DNA of 64,000 nt from an uncultured Prevotella sp. (GCA_946405145.1 CAMJGE010000003.1:63404-127403), one strand, 5' to 3'. Counted from the first letter of the stretch, positions 47,503-58,040 are shown. The notes: a model not told the origin generated them from the sequence alone. Translations and numbers: made by a program.

Positions 47503-48189
47503 TTAGCACTTTCCTGATTCGTGGTAGCTGTAGTAGTTGCCATCGGTGATGATGACATGGTCGAGGAAGTGGATACGCATCAGTTCACAGGCTCGCTTGA
47601 TGCTCTTGGTCAGTTCGTCATCCTGTCTGCTGGGCTTCAGACTGCCAGAGGGGTGATTATGGCACACGGCGAGAATGGTGGTGTTGGAGAGTATAGCCTC
47701 ACGGATGATGATACGTATGTCAACGGCAGTCTCAGTAATGCCGCCATGAGAGATGCGTATTTTTTTGATAAGGCGGTAGTGCTGATTAAGAAAAAGTGCC
47801 CAGAACTCCTCCACATCAAGATCCTGCATCACGGGATGCATGTGATTATAGATACGTGTCGCCGTACCAAGGTCGGGACGCTCCTCTGGCGTCTCCATCT
47901 GGCGCCGCTTACCTAGTTCACAGGCTGCAAGGATAGTAATGGCTTTTGCTTCGCCGATACCCTTGTGATCCATCAGTTGACGGATTGTCACTTTGCCTAA
48001 TGTGTTAAGGCTGTTGTTGCAATTACTGAGCACTTCCTGCATCAACTCGACGGCGCTTATGCCTGGTGTGCCTGAGCCAATAAGGATAGCCAGTAATTCT
48101 GCATCGCTAAGTGCCTGAGGTCCCTTGTCGCGTAGTTTCTCACGCGGCTGATCACTTTCCGACCAATGTGCGATTGTAAGTTTTTTCAT
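47503..48189 (-). CDS. radC: RadC/JAB domain protein
   Basis: PREKL, LSDAELLAILI, GIGEAKA, HNHPSG..PS..D, LDHVII. Confidence 0.93.
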   Translation of the reverse strand: MKKLTIAHWSESDQPREKLRDKGPQALSDAELLAILIGSGTPGISAVELMQEVLSNCNNSLNTLGKVTIRQLMDHKGIGEAKAITILAACELGKRRQMETPEERPDLGTATRIYNHMHPVMQDLDVEEFWALFLNQHYRLIKKIRISHGGITETAVDIRIIIREAILSNTTILAVCHNHPSGSLKPSRQDDELTKSIKRACELMRIHFLDHVIITDGNYYSYHESGKC

Positions 48190-48211
48190 AGAGATTTAAG
48201 TTTGTTGTTGA

Positions 48212-49261
48212 TTACTTGTAAAATGTTTGTTCAAAAGCCTGGAACTCATCTTGCTTGAGTACGCAGCGTTTCCACCACGATTCGATGAATCCCAACCCAT
48301 AGCCCATCAGTTGGACGAAAGCAGCAGGGATAGAGAGCAGTCCGACATAAAGACTCTTGTTCTTGATACTTGAGTCAATGATGATCAGGAGAGAATAGAG
48401 TGCTAACGGCAGAAGTGCCAACTGGCAAAGCAGATGGCCTTCCGGCTTGACCTCTATTGAACCGAAGCTGCTCATCATCAGTCCGCAGACAAATAGTAGT
48501 AATAGAGCAATGGCACCCAGGGTGAAGATGGTAGGTAGCAAATGCACCAGTTTCAAGGTGCCAGGATGGCGCTTCTCAAGATTGATGCGGGCAATTCCGC
48601 TGTTATAGACCTGACGGAAGAACTTCTGAAAGTCTGTACGACGCTTGTGCCACACCCATGCTTCGGAAAAGAGACGTGGCTGGTAACCTGCCTCTACGAT
48701 ACGGTAGGAGAAGTCGATATCTTCGCCAAAGCGCATCTTGGTGAATCCTCCCAGCTGGTGATACACATCCTGACGAATGCCCATGTTGAACGAACGGGGA
48801 TAGAACTTGTCGAGTTTGGCCTTGCCACCGCGGATGCCACCAGTGGTGAAGAAGGAGGTCATCGAGTAACTGATGGCCTTTTGCACAGGGGTGAAGTCAG
48901 GATGGGCAGCGTCAGGACCGCCAAAGGCAGCCAGACCGCTCTCACTCTTCACGCCACCCGCCACACTCTTCAGATAATTCTGAGGCAGTACCACATCCGA
49001 ATCAAGGATGATGAGCCATTCGCCACGGGCGCGCTCAGCGCCATAGTTACGGCTCTGACCTGGTCCGCTGTTCTCCTTATAGTAATAATGCAAATCAAGG
49101 ATGCCTGCGAACTTGTCGCAAACATCCTTGCAGGGTTTTTGAGAACCGTCCTCTACAATCACAACCTCAAAGTCTTTCACAGTCTGAGAGCAAAGACTCT
49201 GCAACAACTCATCGACCTCGTCGGGCCGGTTATAGACGGGTATGATGATTGAAAACTTCAA
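48212..49261 (-). CDS. GT2 family glycosyltransferase
   Basis: FSIIIPVYN, VEDGS, SRNYGA, LDSD, GEDIDF; C-terminal TMs; TTG start inside an 8-mer array. Confidence 0.9.
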   Translation of the reverse strand: MKFSIIIPVYNRPDEVDELLQSLCSQTVKDFEVVIVEDGSQKPCKDVCDKFAGILDLHYYYKENSGPGQSRNYGAERARGEWLIILDSDVVLPQNYLKSVAGGVKSESGLAAFGGPDAAHPDFTPVQKAISYSMTSFFTTGGIRGGKAKLDKFYPRSFNMGIRQDVYHQLGGFTKMRFGEDIDFSYRIVEAGYQPRLFSEAWVWHKRRTDFQKFFRQVYNSGIARINLEKRHPGTLKLVHLLPTIFTLGAIALLLLFVCGLMMSSFGSIEVKPEGHLLCQLALLPLALYSLLIIIDSSIKNKSLYVGLLSIPAAFVQLMGYGLGFIESWWKRCVLKQDEFQAFEQTFYK

Positions 49262-49285
49262 TTCTTCAATCTTTCAATTCTTCAA

Positions 49286-49852
49286 TTACTCTTTTACTCT
49301 CTGGAGGTAAGATCCGTCGCGGGTATCTACCTGAATCAGGTCGCCCTCATTGATGAAGAGAGGAACACGAACCTCAACACCGGTCTCCAGAGTGGCAGGC
49401 TTCAGTGTGTTGGTAGCGGTATCGCCCTTGATGCCTGGTTCAGAGTGAGTCACGCGGAGTACGGTCTTAACAGGCATTTCAGCATAGAGGATGGTGCCGT
49501 CGGTGGTGTCACTGACAACCTCCACGATATCGCTCTCCTTCATGTACTCATGACCGATAACGAGCTCGTTGTCGATGGGAATCTGCTCGAAAGTCTCCTG
49601 ATTCATGAAGATACGACCAGACTGGTCTTCATAGAGGTACTGGTAAGGACGGCGCTCGATGACCACATCCTCCAGTTTCTCACCGATATTGAAACGGCGC
49701 TCCAGCACACGACCGTCAGAAACGTTCTTAACCTTGATAATCATGATAGTGTTACCCTTACCTGGCTTGCGGTGCTGGAAATCGATGCACACCCAGATGC
49801 CACCATCCATACGGATAGCGGTGCCTTTTTTAATGTCTTGTGAATTAATCAT
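49286..49852 (-). CDS. efp: Elongation factor P
   Basis: HRKPGKG, FMNQETFEQ, PGIKGDTA, KPATLETG, VPLFI. Confidence 0.96.
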   Translation of the reverse strand: MINSQDIKKGTAIRMDGGIWVCIDFQHRKPGKGNTIMIIKVKNVSDGRVLERRFNIGEKLEDVVIERRPYQYLYEDQSGRIFMNQETFEQIPIDNELVIGHEYMKESDIVEVVSDTTDGTILYAEMPVKTVLRVTHSEPGIKGDTATNTLKPATLETGVEVRVPLFINEGDLIQVDTRDGSYLQRVKE

Positions 49853-50025
49853 ATTCCTAAAAATGTTACTTTTGTATCGTTTTCGGGTGCAAAGTTAGTG
49901 CAAAAACTTGAAAAAACGCAAAAAGTTGCACTAAATTTCTCATATTTCTTGCGTAATTCAAAAGAAATGAGTACTTTTGCACCCCAAATCGTTGGAATCA
50001 TAACAAGAATAAAAAGTATAAAGCA

Positions 50026-50181
50026 ATGAAAAGAACATTTCAACCCCACAATCGCCGTCGCGTGAACAAGCACGGTTTCCGTGAGAGAATGGCCACAAAG
50101 AATGGTCGTCGCGTTTTGGCTGCACGTCGTGCAAAGGGCCGTAAGAAGTTAACGGTTTCTGATGAGCATCACGGAAAGTAA
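50026..50181 (+). CDS. rpmH: 50S ribosomal protein L34
   Basis: Not in ORF track: [51 protein letters not shown]. Confidence 0.97.
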   Translation: MKRTFQPHNRRRVNKHGFRERMATKNGRRVLAARRAKGRKKLTVSDEHHGK

Positions 50182-50211
50182 TCCGCTATTGTTCATAAGG
50201 TAAAATTGACA

Positions 50212-50258
50212 AAAATAGAAAGAAGTAGGGTTTTATCTCTGCTTCTTTCTGTTTTTTT
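50212..50258 (+). terminator. Intrinsic terminator after rpmH
   Basis: agaaagaagtaggg-tttta-tctctgcttctttct followed by T-run. Confidence 0.75.
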
Positions 50259-50281
50259 ATGTCCTTTCGCCTATTTTGGAT

Positions 50282-50340
50282 AAATTTCTCACGCTCAAGA
50301 ACGCAAATAAATTGGCTTTCTCTTCGCTAAATCGAAATTT
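50282..50340. repeat. Promoter-associated hairpin mini-element, copy 2
   Basis: aaatttc-TCACGCTC-..caaataaattg..-TCGCTAAATC-gaaattt, directly before TAACTTTG. Confidence 0.6.
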
Positions 50341-50372
50341 TGCACTAACTTTGCAGCCAAAGTAGAAGAAAA

Positions 50373-51017
50373 ATGGAAGCAAAGGAATTCTTCGGTAAGT
50401 TTGCAAGCGGTTTTCTTTGGGGCAACATCCTGGCTATGGTGCTGGTGATAGTTGCGCTCGCTTTTGGTGTGAAGTACGGGCTGGATGCCTATACACATCA
50501 CGGTGAATATATTGAAGTGCCCAAGATTGAGGGTGTGGTCTATGAAAGGGCCCGTGCCTTAATGGAGGAGCGTGGGTTAAATCTCATGGTGACTGACTCG
50601 GGCTATAACAAGCGCTTGCCAGCTCACTGCATTCTTGTTCAAAATCCAGGTCCGGGCATGAAGGTGAAAGAGGGGCATACTATCTATGTCACTGTCAATT
50701 CCCCATCTTCACCGTCGTTTGCTATTCCTGATGTGATTGATAACAGCAGTTTCCGTGAGGCGGAAGCTAAGTTGACGGCCATCGGTTTCAAATTGCAGCC
50801 TCCTCAGCAGGTAGAGGGTGAGAAAGATTGGGTTTACGGTATCCTCTGTCGTGGGCGCCGTGTATCTACGGGAGAACGTATCTCAATCGATTCGCCACTG
50901 ACCTTATTGATTGGTAACGGCCACTATGGGGCTGATGTTGACATCGACTATATTGAACCAGAGAATAAGATGCCGCAGCAAAATGAGGTCGACGAATTTC
51001 AAGAAGTAGTCGAATGA
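50373..51017 (+). CDS. PASTA domain membrane protein
   Basis: N-terminal TM; YTHHGE.IEVPKIEG, QNPGPG.KVKEG..IYVTVN. Confidence 0.88.
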   Translation: MEAKEFFGKFASGFLWGNILAMVLVIVALAFGVKYGLDAYTHHGEYIEVPKIEGVVYERARALMEERGLNLMVTDSGYNKRLPAHCILVQNPGPGMKVKEGHTIYVTVNSPSSPSFAIPDVIDNSSFREAEAKLTAIGFKLQPPQQVEGEKDWVYGILCRGRRVSTGERISIDSPLTLLIGNGHYGADVDIDYIEPENKMPQQNEVDEFQEVVE

Positions 51018-52036
51018 TGGATTTCGTTGAAGATGATGAGCTCTATGAGCACTTCCGGATGGAGGTGGATAAAGGGCAGGTGCCTGTCAGAATCGACAAG
51101 TATCTGTCTGAACATCAGCCGCATTCCAGTCGTAACCGTATCCAGAAAGCTGCTGATGCGGGTTTCATCCATGTAAATGGTCGTCCTGTAAAGAGTAACT
51201 ATAAGGTACGTGCGGGCGATGTTGTCACTCTCATGTTGGATCGTCCACATTATGACACCACCATTGAACCAGAAGATATTCCGCTTGAGGTTGTATATGA
51301 AGACGATGACCTGATGGTAATCAATAAACCCGCAGGTATGGTGGTACACCCGGGTTGTGGTAATTTCAACGGTACGTTAGTAAATGCCATCGCCTGGCAT
51401 CTGAAAGATCTGGAGAGTTATGATCCGAATGATCCCGAGGTGGGACTCGTACATCGCATCGACAAGGATACCAGCGGTCTGCTGGTGGTGGCTAAGACCC
51501 CCGATGCTAAGACCTCATTGGGGAAACAGTTCTTCAACAAGACCACGCATCGCAGCTATAACGCATTGGTGTGGGGAAACTTTGTGGAGGATGATGGACG
51601 GATAGAAGGTAATATCGGGCGTGACCCGAAAGATCGGCTGCGTATGGAAGTGTTTCCGCCAGACTCAGAGATTGGTAAGCCGGCAGTGACGCATTACCAT
51701 GTGATCGAACGTTATGGCTATACCACGTTGGTGGAGTGTGTGCTGGAGACAGGACGGACACACCAGATCAGAGCTCACATGAAGCATATCGGGCATCCGC
51801 TGTTCTGCGATGAACGTTATGGTGGGACGGAGATTCTGAGAGGTGAACGCACAGCTAGTTATAAGGCCTATATCCAGAACTGTTTCAAGCTCTGTCCGCG
51901 ACAGGTGCTGCATGCCAAGACCTTAGGGTTTGTGCATCCTACAACAGGGGAGCAGATGGACTTCACCTCAGAATGGCCCGAGGATATGGCAGCACTGATT
52001 GATAAATGGAGAAAATATATAAAGGTAAAAGAGTAA
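51014..52036 (+). CDS. RluA-family (RluD-like) pseudouridine synthase
   Basis: S4 domain RIDKYL; NKPAGMVVHP, HRIDKDTSG, ETGRTHQIR. Confidence 0.92.
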   Translation: MMDFVEDDELYEHFRMEVDKGQVPVRIDKYLSEHQPHSSRNRIQKAADAGFIHVNGRPVKSNYKVRAGDVVTLMLDRPHYDTTIEPEDIPLEVVYEDDDLMVINKPAGMVVHPGCGNFNGTLVNAIAWHLKDLESYDPNDPEVGLVHRIDKDTSGLLVVAKTPDAKTSLGKQFFNKTTHRSYNALVWGNFVEDDGRIEGNIGRDPKDRLRMEVFPPDSEIGKPAVTHYHVIERYGYTTLVECVLETGRTHQIRAHMKHIGHPLFCDERYGGTEILRGERTASYKAYIQNCFKLCPRQVLHAKTLGFVHPTTGEQMDFTSEWPEDMAALIDKWRKYIKVKE

Positions 52037-52060
52037 AAAGGTAAAAAAGTAAAAGATAAA

Positions 52061-53053
52061 ATGAGTAACATGAAACGAACGATAGCCATTGTCTGTGGTG
52101 GCGATTCATCAGAACACGATGTGTCACTGCGCTCTGCACAGGGACTTTATTCCTTCTTTGACAAGGAACGTTATGATATCTATATTGTTGATATCAAGGG
52201 ACAGGACTGGCATGTGGAACTTCCTGACGGAACAACTGCCAAGATCGATCGCAATGACTTTTCATTCATGGAGAATGGAAAGGCCCGCTTGTTCGACTAT
52301 GCCTATATCACTATTCACGGCACACCTGGTGAGAATGGACTGCTGCAGGGCTATTTCGACCTGATTGGTCTGCCTTATAGCACTAGTAGTGTATTGGTGG
52401 AGGCTATGACATTCGATAAGTTCGTGCTGAACCAGTATCTGCGTGGTTATGGTGTCAGCGTGGCTGACTCGTTGCTGATTCGTAAGGGTTATGAGGAACT
52501 GGTGTCCGACGATGAGATTGAGGAGCGTATTGGCATGCCTTGTTTTGTGAAGCCTGCTGCCGACGGTTCCTCCTTTGGTGTGTCAAAGGTGAAGAATAAG
52601 GATCAGCTTGCTCCTGCCATCCGTAAGGCTATGATGGAGAGTCCTGAGATTATGGTGGAGTCGCTGCTTGAGGGAACAGAGATTACCCAGGGTATCTATA
52701 AAACCCGCGAGAAGACCGTCCTCTTCCCCATTACCGAAGTGGTGACATCGAATGAGTTCTTCGACTACGATGCCAAGTATAATGGACAGGTGCAGGAGAT
52801 TACTCCTGCCCGTCTTCCAGCGGATGTTGCTGAACGTGTGGGTAAGATTACCAGTCATATCTATGACATCCTTCACTGCAACGGTATCATCCGTATCGAC
52901 TATATCGTCTCTAAGGAGGGTAAGATCTCGATGCTTGAGGTGAACACCACACCAGGTATGACCGCCACCAGTTTTATTCCTCAGCAGGTGCGTGCCGCTG
53001 GTCTGAATATGGCTGATGTGCTGGCTGATATTGTTGAGAACCAGTTTGTGTAG
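52061..53053 (+). CDS. ddl: D-alanine--D-alanine ligase
   Basis: GGDSSEHDVS, IHGTPGENG, GSSFGV, FFDYDAKY, EVNTTPGMT. Confidence 0.95.
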   Translation: MSNMKRTIAIVCGGDSSEHDVSLRSAQGLYSFFDKERYDIYIVDIKGQDWHVELPDGTTAKIDRNDFSFMENGKARLFDYAYITIHGTPGENGLLQGYFDLIGLPYSTSSVLVEAMTFDKFVLNQYLRGYGVSVADSLLIRKGYEELVSDDEIEERIGMPCFVKPAADGSSFGVSKVKNKDQLAPAIRKAMMESPEIMVESLLEGTEITQGIYKTREKTVLFPITEVVTSNEFFDYDAKYNGQVQEITPARLPADVAERVGKITSHIYDILHCNGIIRIDYIVSKEGKISMLEVNTTPGMTATSFIPQQVRAAGLNMADVLADIVENQFV

Positions 53054-53083
53054 TTTAGAGTTGATAGCTTAAAGTTGATAGTT

Positions 53084-54268
53084 ATGAGTACTTCAGTGGT
53101 GGAGTTCGATGAGATAAGACCGTATGAGGCGGAAGAGATGAAACAGGCATTTGGCGATCTGCTCAATGATCGCCAGTTTCAGATGATTCTCAAGGGGTTT
53201 GTACCCTGGCTACCCAAGAGCCTGCGCAACGGATTCCTGAAGTTGGCTTTTACGGGTATCAAGACACCACTCGACTTCCAGCTGCGGTTTATGAAACCTA
53301 TCGTCAATTACATTATCCGTAAACACACTGATGGGTGTTCCTTTGATGATGCTCACCTCTTACCTCACATCTCTCAACTCAAAGATCGCTTCACGTTTGT
53401 CAGCAACCACCGGGATATCGTGCTCGATTCTGCTTTCCTGGATGTGATGCTCGTGGCTCATGGCTATCCCACAACCGTTGAGATAGGTATTGGTGACAAT
53501 CTGCTCATCTATCCTTGGATCAAAAGATTGGTTCGTATGAACAAGGCATTTACGGTGCGTCGCGGACTCTCTCCAAAGGAGATGCTGCGCTCCAGTCAGC
53601 TGATGAGTCGGTACATCCATTATGCAGTCACCCAGAAGCAAGAGAACATCTGGATAGCTCAGCGTGAGGGTAGGGCGAAGGACTCTAACGACCGTACACA
53701 GGACTCTGTGCTGAAGATGTTGGCCATGGGAGCCCCCGATGAACTGAAGAATCCGGCAGATCGTCTGCGTGAGTTGAATATTGTGCCCCTCACCATCAGT
53801 TATGAGTTCGACCCCTGTGATTATCTGAAGGCTCAGGAGCTTCAGGAGAAGCGCGACATTCCTGGTTTTAAGAAAAGTCGTCAGGATGATCTCGATAATA
53901 TGAAGACTGGTATCTTTGGCTATAAGGGTAGGGTGGTCTATCACTGTGCTGCACCTGTCAACACCTGGATTGATGAACTGGCAGAACTGCCGAAGACAGA
54001 GTTCTTCGCAGCCCTTGCTCAGCGTATGGATAAGGATATCCATAGTGGCTATCAGCTCTTCCCGTGCAACTATATTGCACTCGATGAGTTGGAAGGCTCC
54101 GCTACGCATGCTGCCCATTATACAACCGATGATAAAGCTCGCTTTGAGACTTATCTGGCAGGTCAGTTGGCTAAGATCTCCATTCCTAATAAGGATGAGG
54201 CTTTCCTTCGTGAGTGTATGCTCAAGATGTATGCCAATCCTGCACGTAACTATATAGCTGCCCAATGA
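53084..54268 (+). CDS. PlsC/GPAT-like acyltransferase
   Basis: SNHRDIVLD (HxxxxD); WIAQREGRAKD. Confidence 0.85.
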   Translation: MSTSVVEFDEIRPYEAEEMKQAFGDLLNDRQFQMILKGFVPWLPKSLRNGFLKLAFTGIKTPLDFQLRFMKPIVNYIIRKHTDGCSFDDAHLLPHISQLKDRFTFVSNHRDIVLDSAFLDVMLVAHGYPTTVEIGIGDNLLIYPWIKRLVRMNKAFTVRRGLSPKEMLRSSQLMSRYIHYAVTQKQENIWIAQREGRAKDSNDRTQDSVLKMLAMGAPDELKNPADRLRELNIVPLTISYEFDPCDYLKAQELQEKRDIPGFKKSRQDDLDNMKTGIFGYKGRVVYHCAAPVNTWIDELAELPKTEFFAALAQRMDKDIHSGYQLFPCNYIALDELEGSATHAAHYTTDDKARFETYLAGQLAKISIPNKDEAFLRECMLKMYANPARNYIAAQ

Positions 54269-54933
54269 AAAAGCTCTTGTTTCTTATCGTGGTTTGCCTG
54301 ACCTATGGTTGTACCCAGGATGCTTATGACAAGGGTGAAGGCATTTACTCGCTGATGAGGGGTGATTTTGCAGAAGCCAATGTCAATAGCAATCGTGAGG
54401 TTATCTCCATTACTACCGACGAGGGGGAGACGCTCCCGTTGCAGACTTATCAAACGGCTAAATGGATTGCCCGACCCGACACCATTTATCGTTGTATGTT
54501 ATATTATAATAAGGTGAAGGCAAGCGATGGCAAGTCGATGGCGGAGGTGGTCTCATTAGGTCGGGTTCACTGTCTTCAGGTCACCCCTTTGTCGAAGTTC
54601 GAAGACTACAAGGATGATCCCGTGAAGTTCGAGAGCATCTGGAAGAGTAAGTCTGGCAAATATCTGAACTTGCATCTTCAGTTGAAGACAGGTTATACAG
54701 AAGACACGACAGCCATCCAGAAACTGGCTTTTGTTTCGGATGGTGTGATACCTCATCCCGATGGAAGGCGCACTTTGTCGGTACGCCTCCATCATGATCA
54801 GGGCGGTGTTCCTGAGTACTATTCCACACAGGCCTACCTCAGCATTCCGACGGTTGATCTCCTGGTGGATTCCGTCTGTTTCTATCTGAACACCTACTCT
54901 GGCGCCGTCGTTAAGACCTTGCCTCTGAAGTAG
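54265..54933 (+). CDS. NigD-like lipoprotein
   Basis: Lipobox LTYGC; TDEGETL, RCMLYY, DPVKFESIW, YLNL, LHHDQGG. Confidence 0.65.
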   Translation: MKKLLFLIVVCLTYGCTQDAYDKGEGIYSLMRGDFAEANVNSNREVISITTDEGETLPLQTYQTAKWIARPDTIYRCMLYYNKVKASDGKSMAEVVSLGRVHCLQVTPLSKFEDYKDDPVKFESIWKSKSGKYLNLHLQLKTGYTEDTTAIQKLAFVSDGVIPHPDGRRTLSVRLHHDQGGVPEYYSTQAYLSIPTVDLLVDSVCFYLNTYSGAVVKTLPLK

Positions 54934-54934
54934 G

Positions 54935-57928
54935 TTATCCAATAATTGTGATAAAGCTTTCTGCAGGCAGCTGAACATTCAGTTGTCCGTCAGTAGCCTT
55001 GAGCAGACATGCCTCGGCATGACTGTGACTGTTGGTGACATAGACTGTCACCTCCTTAGTGCCGACGGGTAATCCTGAGATGATGGCTTCACACGAAGCC
55101 CCATTGTTTACGAGATGCAGGGCCCACTCGCCTGTTGCCTTCTTGTTGAAAGCTGCTACATTGATGTTTTCTTTGTTGCAACTGGTGGGAACGGCAAAGG
55201 CATCTTCTGGTGTCATGGCAAGCTGTTTCAGATTGAAGAAACGCTGCGTGGGGCGCAGGGGACCTTCCGAGCGGTAGATGCCATCACCCCATAGGAGTGA
55301 GTAGTCAGAGGTGAGCTGCCACTGCAGGATACTCCAAGGCTGGCAGATGGCACAGAGTCGTGTGTAGAGATTGATCTCGTATAGGGCAAATGTTGACTCG
55401 TTGAAGATGGCGGGATACTGGTATGCAGCAGCATCAGTACTTCCTTCGCCGACGATGAGGGGCACATTGATCTGTCTGGAGGCATCAGCCCATTTCTTCA
55501 GTGTCGCATCATCACAGCCTCGCCAGGAGTGGAAGGAGATGGCGCCGATATACTTGTGTGCCGTCGGATCGTTGAGTGCAGGCAGGATAAAGTCGAAGGT
55601 GGTGGCATCGGAGTTGTCACCGAGCAGCAGACGGGTCTTCAGTCCCTGTTCTGCTAAATACTGTCCGAATGCCTTGATGAAGTCTCGATGCTCCTCAGGT
55701 GTAAACACCACGTCGATACCTAAATCCGACTCATTGAAAGAGAAATAGTCGGCCTCTACCCCATAGTCTTTCTTCAGGAACGTCAGATAACTGGTAAGCG
55801 ATGCAAAAATCCTCTGTTCTTCTGAAGCATTCAGATGGAAGGCGCGAGCCGTACCATCAGAGCGGGTGGTCTGGTCACCTGCCCATACTGGTGGGAACCA
55901 GCAACTCACGATGACTGGCATACCAATCTGCTTCAGGCGTTGAGCCATCTCCGCACTATGTTTCACATGGGGAGCTTCTGCACCCTGTGTGTCCCATACA
56001 GCCCAAGGCATCTCCACACGACCGAAAGCCACACGCATGTTTCTCAGACAATAGTCGATCACCGTTGGATCCTTCGCAGGATTCTGGATGCGGAAGTTAC
56101 CGCCGAATCCAGCAAACACCCTTCCCGGTTTCGTGAGGTCGAGGGTTATCGCCGCTGTCTCATGATGGCGTGTGCCGTCAACCGTCATCGTGGCGGCAAG
56201 CTCTGCCGTATCGCCTTTCTTGAGGGTTGGCAATAGGGTGATGTAAAGCACCTTGTCGTCCTCTTCGTCTCTCACCGTCGCTGTGACAGGCTGGTCAAAA
56301 GTCAGTGTCAGCTTGCGTTCTGGAGCCGTAATGGATATTTTCTGTTTCTGAATGGCTATTTTGGCTTTGGCATAGTGGTTTGAAGGGAAGGTTATGCAGA
56401 ACCAGGCCCCCTCGTTCAGATCATCCTTAGCCTCCACCTTCCAGTTTAGGGCTACAGTCTGCTGATCTACATCGGTTACTGTTTGCGTAAATTCTGCCCC
56501 ATGCATAGGCGTAATGGTCTTCTGGGTATGCCCCTCACGCTTGTATCTGATGTGCTGCTGCTTCTCTCTGCCACTCTTCTCCATCTCTCCACCTAAGGTG
56601 CCTACTCTCAAAGACGATTCAAAGTCAATCAGTTCCCCCTCCAGACGAACCCCCGTCATATTGCTCCATGCCATCACTTCTGTATGCACAGTGGCTGGGG
56701 CAAGACGCTCTGCCAGTTCAAAGGCCATACGACTGTTATGGTAGGGACAGTTCCAGTCGCTCACCTTAGGAGCATTCAGAGGCTGACCGTCTTCGCTGAG
56801 ATCCTTAAACCAGCCCCCATGCTGGTAGTCAATGAAATGTGCCTTCACGTAGGTCCAGGTCTTGAGGGCTACTTCAAGGAAGGCAGGGTCGCCCGTCAGT
56901 TGCCAGGCGTTGACACAACCGATGATGGTCTCACACTGTGGCCACCACGACATTCTCCGACTCAAGCCCTCAGGCGACTTTTCGTAGAGCATGGCGCCTT
57001 CAGCATTGAGTCCTTCTTTCAGGGCAGTACGAACCATTTTAACGGCTTGTTCATCCACCTGCTTCTTCAGCACAGGGTCTCCAACGACAGCGGCAGCCTC
57101 ACTCATCAGCCATGAAGTTTCGATGTCGTGTCCATAGGAGTCCACTTGTCCTATCGGGTTCCAGGCATCGTCGCAGTACAGGATCAGATGGTTGGTCTTG
57201 GGCGAGTAGAGTTTCGTCTGCAGAATGCGGAGCAGCTCTATAAGGTTGTTCCTTAGTCCCTCATCTGGCCATACCTGGTAGAGTGTTGTATAGGCTTCCA
57301 GCACATGGATATGGGTATTCATTGTCTTTGTGGCATTCGCCTGACCATCCACTCCTTTCAACGGAGCCTTCGAATAGTCGCGCTGAAAGGACTCGATATA
57401 GCCTAATCCGGCTTTGTCGTGCGCTTTCTCTTCTAAGGTGTTGTACAGTTTCAAGGCAGCGTCCAGACTCCTGCGGTCTCCTGTGGCTCTGAAATGTTCA
57501 GATAGTCCGTAGATACCAAAGGAGCAGGCATAAGTCTGCTTGGTGGCATCCTTGGGATGGCCTTCACTGTCGAGTTGCCAGAACACGCCGCCATAGATAG
57601 GATCGAAGAAGTGACGGATGTAATAGTCGGCAGCACGGTCAGCCATCTGTTTATAAGCTTCCAACCCATCCTGTCGGTAGGCTCTTGAGAAGGTCCATGC
57701 GATACGGGCATTCAGCACAGCTCCCTTGGGGGCGTTCTTGAAGGCCTTGCCATCGTTCAACACCACCCCATAGAATCCGCCTACAGGATCTATGGTATTC
57801 TTCATCCAGAACGGCAACAGGTTCTCCCTGAGGTTCTGTGTTGTCTCTGTGCGCAGGATCTCTGCGGTATCAGCACTGGCAGCAAATGCCATGACAAGCG
57901 ATACAAATAGCGTCACAATCTTTTTCAT
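54935..57928 (-). CDS. Exported fusion: AGE-family cellobiose/mannobiose 2-epimerase + clan GH-A (GH30-like) glycoside hydrolase
   Basis: Signal MKKIVTLFVSLVMAFAASA; LNARIAWTFS, NTHIHVLEAY, SYGHDIE, WWPQCE, CPYHNSR; then FAGFGGNF, FSFNESD, LIVGEG, LHLVNN; start 57928. Confidence 0.8.
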   Translation of the reverse strand: MKKIVTLFVSLVMAFAASADTAEILRTETTQNLRENLLPFWMKNTIDPVGGFYGVVLNDGKAFKNAPKGAVLNARIAWTFSRAYRQDGLEAYKQMADRAADYYIRHFFDPIYGGVFWQLDSEGHPKDATKQTYACSFGIYGLSEHFRATGDRRSLDAALKLYNTLEEKAHDKAGLGYIESFQRDYSKAPLKGVDGQANATKTMNTHIHVLEAYTTLYQVWPDEGLRNNLIELLRILQTKLYSPKTNHLILYCDDAWNPIGQVDSYGHDIETSWLMSEAAAVVGDPVLKKQVDEQAVKMVRTALKEGLNAEGAMLYEKSPEGLSRRMSWWPQCETIIGCVNAWQLTGDPAFLEVALKTWTYVKAHFIDYQHGGWFKDLSEDGQPLNAPKVSDWNCPYHNSRMAFELAERLAPATVHTEVMAWSNMTGVRLEGELIDFESSLRVGTLGGEMEKSGREKQQHIRYKREGHTQKTITPMHGAEFTQTVTDVDQQTVALNWKVEAKDDLNEGAWFCITFPSNHYAKAKIAIQKQKISITAPERKLTLTFDQPVTATVRDEEDDKVLYITLLPTLKKGDTAELAATMTVDGTRHHETAAITLDLTKPGRVFAGFGGNFRIQNPAKDPTVIDYCLRNMRVAFGRVEMPWAVWDTQGAEAPHVKHSAEMAQRLKQIGMPVIVSCWFPPVWAGDQTTRSDGTARAFHLNASEEQRIFASLTSYLTFLKKDYGVEADYFSFNESDLGIDVVFTPEEHRDFIKAFGQYLAEQGLKTRLLLGDNSDATTFDFILPALNDPTAHKYIGAISFHSWRGCDDATLKKWADASRQINVPLIVGEGSTDAAAYQYPAIFNESTFALYEINLYTRLCAICQPWSILQWQLTSDYSLLWGDGIYRSEGPLRPTQRFFNLKQLAMTPEDAFAVPTSCNKENINVAAFNKKATGEWALHLVNNGASCEAIISGLPVGTKEVTVYVTNSHSHAEACLLKATDGQLNVQLPAESFITIIG

Positions 57929-58040
57929 TGTCTTGTTTGTTTGGTTGTAGTCGCTGCAAAGATACAAATAATTTGCTGATTTATTTGCTTTTCCACTCAA
58001 AAATTCTTATCTTTGCAGCGTTGAATAACTATTAAAATGC

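Noticed and set aside
47503-48189. radC as a marker of a mobile element
   Set aside because: Full-length HhH+JAB form among core genes (efp, lpxH); no integrase nearby
53360-54265. Long antisense ORFs (also 48542-49252, 58689-59294, 22025-22612, 25130-25729, 217-621)
   Set aside because: Shadows of well-supported genes on the other strand or frame, with no motifs or promoters of their own
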